Source of the DNA: Verrucomicrobiia bacterium
Lineage (GTDB): Bacteria; Verrucomicrobiota; Verrucomicrobiia; Verrucomicrobiales; DEV007
Reading direction: 5' to 3'
DNA: 64,000 nucleotides
NCBI GenBank assembly: GCA_020439945.1
Contig: JAGRPB010000004.1
Span: 10,307-74,306, forward strand
The notes beneath the pieces were generated by a model that saw nothing but the letters and a program-made list of their open reading frames with translations, did no database searches and was not told where the DNA came from. The position numbers were made by a program, and so were the translations under genes. This document shows positions 49,692-58,237 of the stretch, one piece after another (positions within the stretch are counted from its first letter, which is position 1; each line of letters begins with the position of its first letter).

Positions 49692-50141
49692 TCAACGTCG
49701 GGACTCGTTTGGAAACGGATGGATCGGCGGCAGGAGCATCGACATCATCACGAGGCGGCCTGACTTCACGCCCTTACAGGTGATCAGCTTGTCAGCGATC
49801 ATTTTCAGTCGCCTTGCCGGTCCCTGGACGAGGATGACTTCCATGGTGTGATTCTCCTCCAGCAGTATGTGCTGCGAGCTGATGACCTCGTTGATGTACT
49901 CGCGCTCGATCGAGGCCAACTGCTGCAACAAGCCGGGCTTCGACTCGTCGTAGAACAGCGTGATGGTTCCCGCCATCATCTCGGTTCCTCGCTGCTTGTA
50001 GTGCTCGATGAGGCTCGCGTTGATCATCTCGGCCACCGCCTGGGAACGATTAGTGAAACCGCGCGCCTTCACGAGATTGTCCAACTCGCGATAGACTCCG
50101 GCCGGAAGTGATACGCTGATTCTTTTGACGCCTTTTTCCAC
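49692..50141 (-). CDS. NikR-family ribbon-helix-helix transcriptional regulator (metal site apparently non-canonical)
   Basis: GTG start. The N-terminus RISVSLPAGVYRELDNLVKARGFTNRSQAV aligns with E. coli NikR [30 protein letters not shown]. An ACT-like C-domain is present. It lies 28 nt upstream of the DUF1989 gene. Confidence 0.8.
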   Translation of the reverse strand: MEKGVKRISVSLPAGVYRELDNLVKARGFTNRSQAVAEMINASLIEHYKQRGTEMMAGTITLFYDESKPGLLQQLASIEREYINEVISSQHILLEENHTMEVILVQGPARRLKMIADKLITCKGVKSGRLVMMSMLLPPIHPFPNESRR

Positions 50142-50197
50142 GGGGATGAGTGGTTCCTTGGTTTGCGTCTTTCACATAGCAGCGGCCATGCCGCCGC

Positions 50198-50225
50198 GTA
50201 ATACTTTTTTCTAAAATCGTATTAC
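50198..50225. promoter_or_regulatory. 28-bp dyad GTAATAC-N14-GTATTAC, candidate NikR-type operator
   Basis: Perfect 7-bp inverted arms at 50198-50204 and 50219-50225 with an AT-rich spacer, 57-84 nt upstream of the regulator's GTG. Same overall span as the E. coli nik operator GTATGA-N16-TCATAC. Confidence 0.45.
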
Positions 50226-50241
50226 TCACTGCGACAACTCC

Positions 50242-51081
50242 TCACATTCCTTTTCCAAACCACTCGCGAAGCTGGCGACCCATCCACGCATTCACCTCCC
50301 AGAGATCGGCGACGGGTTTCCGGGTGTAGGGCTCCAGGTGAAGGTAGCCGTCGGTCCCGAACTCGGGCGTCATGGTGGTGATTTCACACTCGCTGTCCTC
50401 TCGCAGATTCCAGATGACCTCCCACCACGCTCGATGGCTGGCGACTGCCTCGGCGTATTCCGGAGCACGCGGATCGGGCACCTGCGGCCCCTGGTCGTAG
50501 CCGACCCGCGCATGCACGTGGCGGCATCGGCTGGCAATGAAAGCGAGCATCACCAAATCGTCGTTCATCACCAATCTCTCAGTCACACAACACCAGTGAC
50601 TGAAGTCGCAGGTGATCGACAGATCGGGTACCGCTTCGAGAATTTCCCGTGTCACCCAGGGATGAAACATGGAGCGACTCCGATGCGTCTCGACGGAGAT
50701 GGGAATGCCATACTCGCTTTCCAAATCCAGGATGCGCCGGTGAAACTCGATCTGCATTTCGAGATTCCAGGCGTCCAATCCGGCCTGCGTGTTCACGAAT
50801 CGGGGCTTCAGCGGCAGACTCCTTTCGATTCCCTCCCGAAGATCCTCGAGGTGATCCCCTGGGTGCGCCGTCGGATCGGGAACATAATTGCCGCCGGTCG
50901 TCACTTCGGCGATCAGAGACAGACCCGACTCTTTGAGTAGAGCACCGAAGCGTTTCCTTTTGCCGGGATCCGCCGGGACCGGACCTTCGATCCCGTCAAA
51001 TCCCGCCTCGATTGCTTGGCTGATGGCGTCTTCGATCGAACCGACGTGTCCCCACAGCGGTTTGTAGATTTCCAGTTTCAT
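50242..51081 (-). CDS. Xylose-isomerase-like TIM-barrel protein (sugar phosphate isomerase/epimerase family)
   Basis: 279 aa with the family pattern GFDGIE...HRSRSMFH...CDFSHW. Confidence 0.78.
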   Translation of the reverse strand: MKLEIYKPLWGHVGSIEDAISQAIEAGFDGIEGPVPADPGKRKRFGALLKESGLSLIAEVTTGGNYVPDPTAHPGDHLEDLREGIERSLPLKPRFVNTQAGLDAWNLEMQIEFHRRILDLESEYGIPISVETHRSRSMFHPWVTREILEAVPDLSITCDFSHWCCVTERLVMNDDLVMLAFIASRCRHVHARVGYDQGPQVPDPRAPEYAEAVASHRAWWEVIWNLREDSECEITTMTPEFGTDGYLHLEPYTRKPVADLWEVNAWMGRQLREWFGKGM

Positions 51082-51087
51082 GGGGGT

Positions 51088-51765
51088 TCAATGGGCGCAT
51101 CGACACTCTGTTACAACTCGAAAGCCTAGATTGTCCCGTCGCGTCTCCGGTCGCAAGGCGTCGCGCCAACTGCTTCTAAGCATGCGCGGCAAATAGTCCC
51201 AGGCTCCCCCGCGCACCACGCGGCGGGTGTCGTCCCCGACCGCCTCGTCCGACCAATTCGACCGCCAGTTGTCGGCGGTCCATTCGCTGACATTCCCGTG
51301 CATGTCGTGGAGTCCGAATGGGTTGGCGTCGTAGCAGCCCACCGGCAGCAATTGGCCGGGTCCGACTCGGCGGCCATCTTCGGAGTAAAGAAAGTTCGCC
51401 TGAGCGGTTTCGATCATCATGCCGGTATGAAACGGAGTCTCCGTGCCACCACGGCATGCATACTCCCATTCCGATTCCGTCGGTAGCCGCCAGATTTTTC
51501 CGGACTTCTCGGTAAGCCATTCGCAATAGCCCACCGCATCGAACCAGGAGACTCGCGTGACCGGCAGTTCCGGATTGCAGTCGCCCCGGCCATTCTGCTT
51601 CCACGCCTGCCAGTCTTCCACGGTGATCGGACAGATCGACATGCGAAACGGTTGATCGATCACGATTTCACCTCGCGGCAACTCGGTCGCGTTGACGAAT
51701 TTGTCGTCCGGTCCCCCGCCCCGAACGCTGCGTCCGGCGGGTATCTCGATGCAGGCCGGAATCAT
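51088..51765 (-). CDS. Formylglycine-generating-enzyme (SUMF1/FGE) fold protein, cytoplasmic
   Basis: Motifs WRLPTESEWEYACRGGT, GLHDMHGNVSEWTAD and RVVRGGAW. No signal peptide. 4-bp overlap with the upstream gene. Confidence 0.85.
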   Translation of the reverse strand: MIPACIEIPAGRSVRGGGPDDKFVNATELPRGEIVIDQPFRMSICPITVEDWQAWKQNGRGDCNPELPVTRVSWFDAVGYCEWLTEKSGKIWRLPTESEWEYACRGGTETPFHTGMMIETAQANFLYSEDGRRVGPGQLLPVGCYDANPFGLHDMHGNVSEWTADNWRSNWSDEAVGDDTRRVVRGGAWDYLPRMLRSSWRDALRPETRRDNLGFRVVTECRCAH

Positions 51766-52655
51766 GCCTTGGCTCCTTTCGCGTCGAAATCAATTTCCCG
51801 GCGGACCTCTGGATAGCTCCGCACCCAGTCCGCAATTTGCGACCCTGTGGCGATCCAGGCATCGTCCGTCTCCATGATCCCGCTGACGAGGCGCTCGAGC
51901 AGCTGGACCCGCGATGGGCGGCCGCTCAGCCAGGGGTGCAGGGTCAGCACGAAGCAGCAGCCATAGTCGCGCATGGCCTCGAACTCGCGCCACCAGAGAC
52001 GGAAGACCTTGTCGCAATCCTCCGGAATGAAACCCCAGGCAGGATCGGCGTTGAAGGCGAACTGCTCCCAATCTTCCAGCATCCACTGCCCAGGGATTTC
52101 CACCAGCCCATTCTCGTGCTGGAACGGGGCGTCGTCGTTCATCATGCTGGCGTTGTAGGAAAAGCCATACTTCACCAACAGATCGGTCGTGCCCGGGTTG
52201 ATCTCGAACCAGGGCGCCCGGTATCCAATGGGTTTTCTTCCGAGTTGAGCTTCAAAGATCCCGAGACTTTTCACGAGCACGGCTTCCTCTTCCTCGGGTG
52301 AAAGCGTGGCCAGCTTTTCGTGCAGATGTCCGTGCGCCCCAATCTCGTGGCCCGCTGCTGCGACCGCCTCGGCCATGCGCGGGTGATTCTCCACGATCCA
52401 GGTCGGAATGAAAAACGTCGCTGGGACTTCGAGATGATCGAGCAGTCCCAACAACCTGGGCACCCCAACGCGGGGACCGTAGGCGCATTGGGACATCGTG
52501 GTGACCCGGTTTTTCAACTCAAGATCCTCGGATAGCGCGGTGGTTTCGCCATCGACATCGAAGCAAAGCATCACCGCGCAGCGCTTCCCTTCCGGCCAGA
52601 GAAACCTCGGCTCGGGCAGATAGGGACGAAAGGGCGTGAAACGGTTGAGATCCAT
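51762..52655 (-). CDS. Polysaccharide-deacetylase-fold hydrolase (PuuE-allantoinase-like family)
   Basis: Start at the ATG at 52655 (MDLNRF...). Motifs CFDVDGE, ATFFIP and GHEIGAHGHLHE. Confidence 0.8.
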   Translation of the reverse strand: MDLNRFTPFRPYLPEPRFLWPEGKRCAVMLCFDVDGETTALSEDLELKNRVTTMSQCAYGPRVGVPRLLGLLDHLEVPATFFIPTWIVENHPRMAEAVAAAGHEIGAHGHLHEKLATLSPEEEEAVLVKSLGIFEAQLGRKPIGYRAPWFEINPGTTDLLVKYGFSYNASMMNDDAPFQHENGLVEIPGQWMLEDWEQFAFNADPAWGFIPEDCDKVFRLWWREFEAMRDYGCCFVLTLHPWLSGRPSRVQLLERLVSGIMETDDAWIATGSQIADWVRSYPEVRREIDFDAKGAKA

Positions 52656-52671
52656 TTTCGGAAAAATGCGT

Positions 52672-53445
52672 TCAGTCGGTCCAGGAACCACCCGCCACGT
52701 TCGCGGGCGCGACGGTGTCGTATCGGGCCCAGCCGGCCATGATGCCGCCATCGACCGGGAGGACGGCTCCGGTGACGTAGGAGGCGTCATCCGAAGCAAG
52801 AAAGTGAAAGGCGGCAGCGATCTCTTCAGGTTTCGCGAGCCTACCCAGCGGCGTGCGCTCTTCCATAAAAGGGATCTCCGGATTGTCCGGTATCTCCATC
52901 ACCGCCGGGGTGAGGACGGTGCCGGGGCAGACGCAGTTCACGGTGATGCCACGCGGCGCCAACTCCATGGCGGCGACCTTGGTCAGGTGAACGATGGCCG
53001 CTTTCGACGTTCCATAGACCGAAGCTCCGGGAAGTCCCAGAACTCCCGAATAGGAAGCCGTATTGACGATCCGCCCGCCGCGTTCCATCAGGCGAGCGGC
53101 ATGCTTGATGCCATAAGCCACGCCATTCACGTTCACGGCAAAGGTCCGCTCCATCAGGCTCGGCGTGAGATCGTCGAAACCGACTCCGAGCGGCTGGATG
53201 GCGGCGTTGTTGACGAGAATGTCGAGGCGACCGGATTCGGCGTAAACCTGCTTCAGGGCAGCCTCGACACCGGCCTCGTCGGAGACATCCACCTCGATCC
53301 CCGAGGCCCCCTCGGGCAAGTCGCCGGGACATCGGTCGAGCACCGTTACCGATGCCCCGGCGTTGAGATACCTTTCCACGATGGCACGCCCGATTCCCGA
53401 TCCGCCGCCAGTGACGGCCGCCGTTTTTCGAGCCAGGCTGAACAT
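52672..53445 (-). CDS. Short-chain dehydrogenase/reductase (SDR)
   Basis: Cofactor motif TGGGSGIGRA and catalytic YGTSKAA. Confidence 0.9.
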   Translation of the reverse strand: MFSLARKTAAVTGGGSGIGRAIVERYLNAGASVTVLDRCPGDLPEGASGIEVDVSDEAGVEAALKQVYAESGRLDILVNNAAIQPLGVGFDDLTPSLMERTFAVNVNGVAYGIKHAARLMERGGRIVNTASYSGVLGLPGASVYGTSKAAIVHLTKVAAMELAPRGITVNCVCPGTVLTPAVMEIPDNPEIPFMEERTPLGRLAKPEEIAAAFHFLASDDASYVTGAVLPVDGGIMAGWARYDTVAPANVAGGSWTD

Positions 53446-53466
53446 CGCGGGAAACCTGTGCGGTGA

Positions 53467-54855
53467 TCAGGCAGGACTGCCGATGAATTCCAGATCCGGT
53501 CGCTGGGAAGCCGCCGGTTCGCGATCCAACGTGGGCCAGGTACCGCGCGAACGAGCCGCGAGATAGCGCTGGATCATCCAGATCGGCATTTCCAGGTGAC
53601 TAAGCCTTCCTCGCTGATAGCCCGACGAGTAGTAGCCGCGCTGGACCGCCATGCAGACTTCCATGTCCTCCAAGTGGAACGACACCGCTTGGCCGATTCC
53701 CTTCTCCAGCATGGCGTCGAAGTCCGGATGTTTCACTGACGATTTCGGCACCAGCATGGTGGTCGTCAGCTTGATCCGGTCCGGTCCCAGCGGTTGAGTG
53801 CGATACCAGATGGCGCAATCCGCCGTGACGAGGAACTTGAACATGGGGAAGCCGAGAAACAGCCCCCACTCGAAGCGGTCTTCGCCGGTCACGTCGGGGA
53901 TCGGCGGGAAAGTATCCCACTGTTCCCCGCGACCCTCCATGGCCGCGATCTCATCGCGAATCGCCGGTTTCAGCGGGAGGTGGCACTTGATGTAGTGCGC
54001 CTTTTCCTGCTCGGTCCAGGTGTCCTTCGCCGGCATCATCGGCTGCAGCGTCTTGCTGTGCGCACCGGCGTGGTGATAGGATTCCATGAAGTTCTCGGTC
54101 AGGACTTTCCAGTTGAACGGACAATCCCATTCGCGAGCCATGACCAGTTCCATGTCGGCGAGATTCCACCGTTCGAGGTGCTTGCCGAGGCCTTCATACT
54201 GCTCGGCGACGGACTTGGGCGCATCGCCGTCGAGATTGACGAAGATGAACCCATTCCACACCTCGCTGCGGTAGGTCTTGAGCCCCCACTCGTCGCGATT
54301 GAAACCGCGAGCCTCCTGCATTTCGGCGCAGGCTTTCAGTTTGCCGTCCAGTTCGAAGGTCCACGAGTGGTAGGGACAGAGCAGCAGCCGGGTGTGACCG
54401 CAGTCCGCCTTGCCGTCCCGCGCCTCGGCGGGATGATGGCCATCGTGACCGAACCCGGGAGGCATGATGTCCATGCCACGATGCGGACAGACGCGTGAAT
54501 GAATCTGGATATCGCCGCTCTTGTCGCGAATCACCAGAAGCGGTTCGCCGAGCAGATCGACATTCATGAAATCGCCGATCTCGGGAATCTGCGACACGTG
54601 CGCCAGGCAGAGCCATTCCTTGCGAAAGACATTCTCGACTTCCCAGTCAAAGAACTCCTGCGAGGTGTAGGCCTGGGCCGGGAGCGTGATGCTATCGACG
54701 AACGGCAGATCGGCCGCCCGCTGGATTTCCGCGAGAATGTCATCGACCGACATCTCGGGAAGCGCGCTCCGAGTGCCGGAGCGGTGGGAGAATTGGAGCG
54801 GATCCGTCGGGGCCGAACAGGCCTTGCGGATCTCGCCTTCCGTGACTTTAACCAT
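53467..54855 (-). CDS. Rieske [2Fe-2S] non-heme-iron oxygenase, alpha subunit, with an enlarged Rieske loop
   Basis: Start at the ATG at 54855. Cluster ligands are CPHRG ... CPYHSW. The C-terminal catalytic domain has FMESYHHAGAH. Confidence 0.85.
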   Translation of the reverse strand: MVKVTEGEIRKACSAPTDPLQFSHRSGTRSALPEMSVDDILAEIQRAADLPFVDSITLPAQAYTSQEFFDWEVENVFRKEWLCLAHVSQIPEIGDFMNVDLLGEPLLVIRDKSGDIQIHSRVCPHRGMDIMPPGFGHDGHHPAEARDGKADCGHTRLLLCPYHSWTFELDGKLKACAEMQEARGFNRDEWGLKTYRSEVWNGFIFVNLDGDAPKSVAEQYEGLGKHLERWNLADMELVMAREWDCPFNWKVLTENFMESYHHAGAHSKTLQPMMPAKDTWTEQEKAHYIKCHLPLKPAIRDEIAAMEGRGEQWDTFPPIPDVTGEDRFEWGLFLGFPMFKFLVTADCAIWYRTQPLGPDRIKLTTTMLVPKSSVKHPDFDAMLEKGIGQAVSFHLEDMEVCMAVQRGYYSSGYQRGRLSHLEMPIWMIQRYLAARSRGTWPTLDREPAASQRPDLEFIGSPA

Positions 54856-55106
54856 GATTTTGTGAAGTAAAGCTTGAAAGATGAAGACTGTTTGTTGACG
54901 AGCGCGGCACGATTTTCGCCCGCGATCGAAAGAGAAAGGGAGAGATCGCTCGCGCTCAGCAGCCCAGAAAGACGAAGCTGCAGAGAGTGATGCCCAAGGC
55001 GCGCAATGCCTCCCGGCCATCACTGGCCGTCGCCTTGCGTGGAGATCCCTTTTTCATCTTCATTTCCAGAAATTCACGAAACCTTCCATCGCCCAATCAC
55101 GCGCCG

Positions 55107-56318
55107 TCACTTTCCGTAGCCTGACTCTGCCAGTGATTTCATCGGACCGAAGGCGATGCCTGCCTCGGGCGGGTGATTCTCTTTGCAGACTCCGAACTTC
55201 ACCCACCAATCGTTGGTGAGTTTCCAGTGATCCTTGATCTGGCCGTTTTTACCGACCGGCGGTTCCCCTCCCGTCACGCCCATGAAAGCGGATGATTCCG
55301 GCCAACCAAACACGTAGAGTCCCCCGTCCTTCGGTCCGCCATCGGCGCCAATCACGGCTTCGACATCCTTCACGTCGAACTGAATGGCCTTGGCAATGAT
55401 CTCGTTGGCTTCGGCAGTATTCGCTTTCCAGTAGGCCACGGCATCGAAATAGGCTTTCATCACTTTCGCCGCCAGTTCCGGTTTTCCATCGAGGAACGAT
55501 CCGCTCATGTACATCCCGTCGGCGAGCAAACCGGTCTCCTGATAATAGGCATCCTTGGAAGTCGATGCCACCTTGGCGCCTTCCAAGGTTTCCAGCACCT
55601 GCTGACCGAAGGGCTCCCAGAATTCCCCGCCCTGCACCTTGCCACTGACCATGGCGGCCACGGCGTCGTCCATAATGACGTTCACGTAGGAAACCTCATC
55701 GAATTTCACGCCGTTCTGTTCGAGAAATATCCCCATGTAAATCTGGGTCAATCCACCTTCCAGGACGGCAACCGATTTTCCTTTCAAGTCGGCACCGCCC
55801 TCGATGCCGGGCCCGAGCAGGATCTTGTCGGTCCCATAGGAAGCATTCGTGTAGCTCACGAGTTTGACCGGTACGCCTTCCTCGGCGGCGATGGGACCGT
55901 ATTCGACGGTGCTAGAAGTGACGTCCAACTGCCCCGCGCTCATGAGCCCGAAGCTTTCATAGGGATCTTCGATGATCTTGATATCGAGATCGAACCCATC
56001 CGTCAGTCCTTTTTCCTTCGCCACAAACCAGAAGCCGTAGCCGGGCCAGGAAAAGAGCGAAACACTCACGGTTTCAGTTTCTTCCTTCGGCGCCTCGGCG
56101 GGTTTCGACTCGGGTTCCGGTGTCGATTCAGCCTCGGGCGCAGGAGCCTCGGGCTTCGGTTCCTCCATTGGCTCAGGAGCAGCCACTTCAGCGGGCGCCT
56201 CAGGCTCAGCTTCAGGAGGCGTTCCCGAATCCGAACACGACGCTACTGAAAACAGGATGGCCAGTGAGAGACCAGCAAGAATTCTGGCAGACAGAAATAA
56301 CTGTCGAGTAAGTTTCAT
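55107..56318 (-). CDS. ABC transporter substrate-binding lipoprotein (NMT1/THI5, NitT/TauT family)
   Basis: Lipobox FSVASCS, a ~60-aa Pro/Glu/Ala-rich linker, then an NMT1-like binding domain. Confidence 0.82.
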   Translation of the reverse strand: MKLTRQLFLSARILAGLSLAILFSVASCSDSGTPPEAEPEAPAEVAAPEPMEEPKPEAPAPEAESTPEPESKPAEAPKEETETVSVSLFSWPGYGFWFVAKEKGLTDGFDLDIKIIEDPYESFGLMSAGQLDVTSSTVEYGPIAAEEGVPVKLVSYTNASYGTDKILLGPGIEGGADLKGKSVAVLEGGLTQIYMGIFLEQNGVKFDEVSYVNVIMDDAVAAMVSGKVQGGEFWEPFGQQVLETLEGAKVASTSKDAYYQETGLLADGMYMSGSFLDGKPELAAKVMKAYFDAVAYWKANTAEANEIIAKAIQFDVKDVEAVIGADGGPKDGGLYVFGWPESSAFMGVTGGEPPVGKNGQIKDHWKLTNDWWVKFGVCKENHPPEAGIAFGPMKSLAESGYGK

Positions 56319-56465
56319 CGAAGCAAATCAGGGGAAAATGGGGGCTTCGTTGAGTCCCTCTTCTGAAGCTTAAGACATGCCACTCCCCCTTGCTTCCCAT
56401 CTCAGGGGATTACCATTCCCCACCTGTGGTAATACCCGTAAACAGTTCGGGTATGAGCTGATTTG

Positions 56466-58145
56466 CTATTTCTGTTCCGGCCGCGATTTGGACCATTTCA
56501 GTTTCAACGGCATCGGAGCACCCTGGCTCCAAGTCCCTTCCATGGTCTTTCCGTCGATCTCGGCTTCGTAGCTTCCGTGAACGGTTTCAATCTTCAGTTC
56601 CAGTTGCCGTCCCTCGATTTTCAATTGATCCACTGAGAGCGCTCCGGGCATTTGGGTGGGGCTGTAGAGCCACGCCTCTCCGGCGTCTGCGACCGATTCG
56701 ATCTGGAGAATGACGAACAGGCCGCCTTTTCCCCCGATCATGCCTGACCAGAATCCGTTGATTGTCGATATGTCTCCATCGATCCGCTGTTTCAGGAACT
56801 CCGAAAGCTTGGGTGGAAGCTGCTCTGCGCGTTTCAAACTCAACGGCAGGGTGACGCCTTGTTCGAACTCCCCTGCCAGCAAGTCATCGGCAAACTTCCC
56901 GGTAAATTTGGCTCTGATGCCGGGGAATTCGGCCGTCAGCGTTGATCCATCGAAGGTAGCCGAGGTCGACGGTATCCCCTGCAAGGCTTGATCGAGGCTG
57001 TGAAGGACAACCTGGCCACTCTCCGATATCCGCAGGAATTGTCGCAACTCCACGCCGTTGGCATTCAAAGTGCCTGACCAGAATCCCGAGATCTTTTTGA
57101 AATCTCCTTCGACCTTTGTGCTCTGGGGAGGCTCAGCGCCATTGGTCAGCATGATCTCCGCAGTCCGGTTCTCCGGAGAAATCTTCAATTCGCTGCGAAA
57201 TCCGCCGGTTCCCCCGTTGTGCCAATAGCCCTTGTCACCATGGAACCACGCAAGGCCCATGTCATTCCTCGTCTCCCTCATGGCGAGATCCATGGCCGCA
57301 CGCAACTCGGTAGGCGTCGATTCATTCCAATGCGCAGTCGCAAATTTGGCCATGTCGGCGGCGGAAGAAACAATCGCGCCCGCGCCACAGAGCGCATCGA
57401 TGTGCCAGTGCGAGGTTTCTCTGCCTTCCGAATGACCGGTCGCAAATCGGCCTGCTGACTTCTTAGGCAAATCGCCCTTCGCTCGTTGCACAAAAGTCGA
57501 ATCCATTTCGAGGGGAGCGAGAATCGTTTTCGTCAGAAGCGCCTCATACGGCATTCCGGAAATGCGCTCAAGAATATGACCCAGCAATCCTACGCCGAGG
57601 TTCGAATAACTTTGCTTTCCCCTTTCTTCGAAGTCGGTTTCTTGAAAATTTTTCAGATACTCATGCAGATCATCCACGGAGTAGTTCGCGTAGGGATCTC
57701 CCGGATCCAGATCTTCGCTTTCGAGATTGCCGGGAAGTCTTGGTAATCCCGAGGTATGGGTCGCCAAATCAAGGAGCGTTACGGAAGCGAGTGGAGAATC
57801 CTTCGGCAAAACCGAATCCGGCAGGTGTTTTGCAATCGGATCATCGAGCGAAGCCTTCCCCCGTTGGACCTGATCCGCGAGCAGGATTCCGGTGAACACT
57901 TTCGTGATTGAACCAATCTCGAAAAGGGTATTCTCGTCCACCAGATCGCGATCTTTACCAAGTCTCCCCGCAGCAGCAAAAGTGGTCTCATCTCCCTCGA
58001 GTAGAGCCATCGCGACCCCTTCGTCGGGCTGCAGTTTCCCCTCCTGATAGCGCTTGGCTCTTTCCGTAAGCTCGTTCTCGTTCGCTTGAGCAGAGCAAGC
58101 CAGGAACAGGGCGACAAGCACTTGACCGATGAGCGGTTTCATCAT
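56466..58145 (-). CDS. Secreted beta-lactamase-fold serine hydrolase with two C-terminal repeat domains
   Basis: Start at ATGATG at 58145 (MMKPLIGQVLVALFLACSAQA). S-x-x-K motif FEIGSITKVF. The C-terminal ~190 aa hold two similar GFWSG... modules. Confidence 0.82.
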   Translation of the reverse strand: MMKPLIGQVLVALFLACSAQANENELTERAKRYQEGKLQPDEGVAMALLEGDETTFAAAGRLGKDRDLVDENTLFEIGSITKVFTGILLADQVQRGKASLDDPIAKHLPDSVLPKDSPLASVTLLDLATHTSGLPRLPGNLESEDLDPGDPYANYSVDDLHEYLKNFQETDFEERGKQSYSNLGVGLLGHILERISGMPYEALLTKTILAPLEMDSTFVQRAKGDLPKKSAGRFATGHSEGRETSHWHIDALCGAGAIVSSAADMAKFATAHWNESTPTELRAAMDLAMRETRNDMGLAWFHGDKGYWHNGGTGGFRSELKISPENRTAEIMLTNGAEPPQSTKVEGDFKKISGFWSGTLNANGVELRQFLRISESGQVVLHSLDQALQGIPSTSATFDGSTLTAEFPGIRAKFTGKFADDLLAGEFEQGVTLPLSLKRAEQLPPKLSEFLKQRIDGDISTINGFWSGMIGGKGGLFVILQIESVADAGEAWLYSPTQMPGALSVDQLKIEGRQLELKIETVHGSYEAEIDGKTMEGTWSQGAPMPLKLKWSKSRPEQK

Positions 58146-58237
58146 GGGATTGGTGATACTTTCTCCCGGTTTTGATCCCGAAAACAGGGAATAGCGAGCT
58201 CTTTTTCCGGTCGAACTGAATTGGTAGGAACTGCCGG

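Noticed and set aside
54856-55106. 251-nt leader upstream of the Rieske oxygenase. On the minus strand it contains ACGGCCAGUGAUGGCCGGGAGG, which recalls the 3' half of the guanidine-I (ykkC) riboswitch (ACGG...GGGA...GCCCGGGAGA).
   Set aside because: The 5' conserved elements I remember (AGGGUUCCGG, GGUCCGAGAG) are not present, and the resemblance covers only a few nucleotides. It remains a structured leader worth a cmsearch, but I cannot support a riboswitch call.
56319-56465. Two hairpins (ATACCCG-N9-CGGGTAT and TACCA-N11-TGGTA) between the serine hydrolase and the substrate-binding protein gene, considered as a mini-ykkC/guanidine-II element
   Set aside because: The loops lack the ACGR tetraloop that defines guanidine-II. 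A weak terminator plus internal promoter region explains them more simply.
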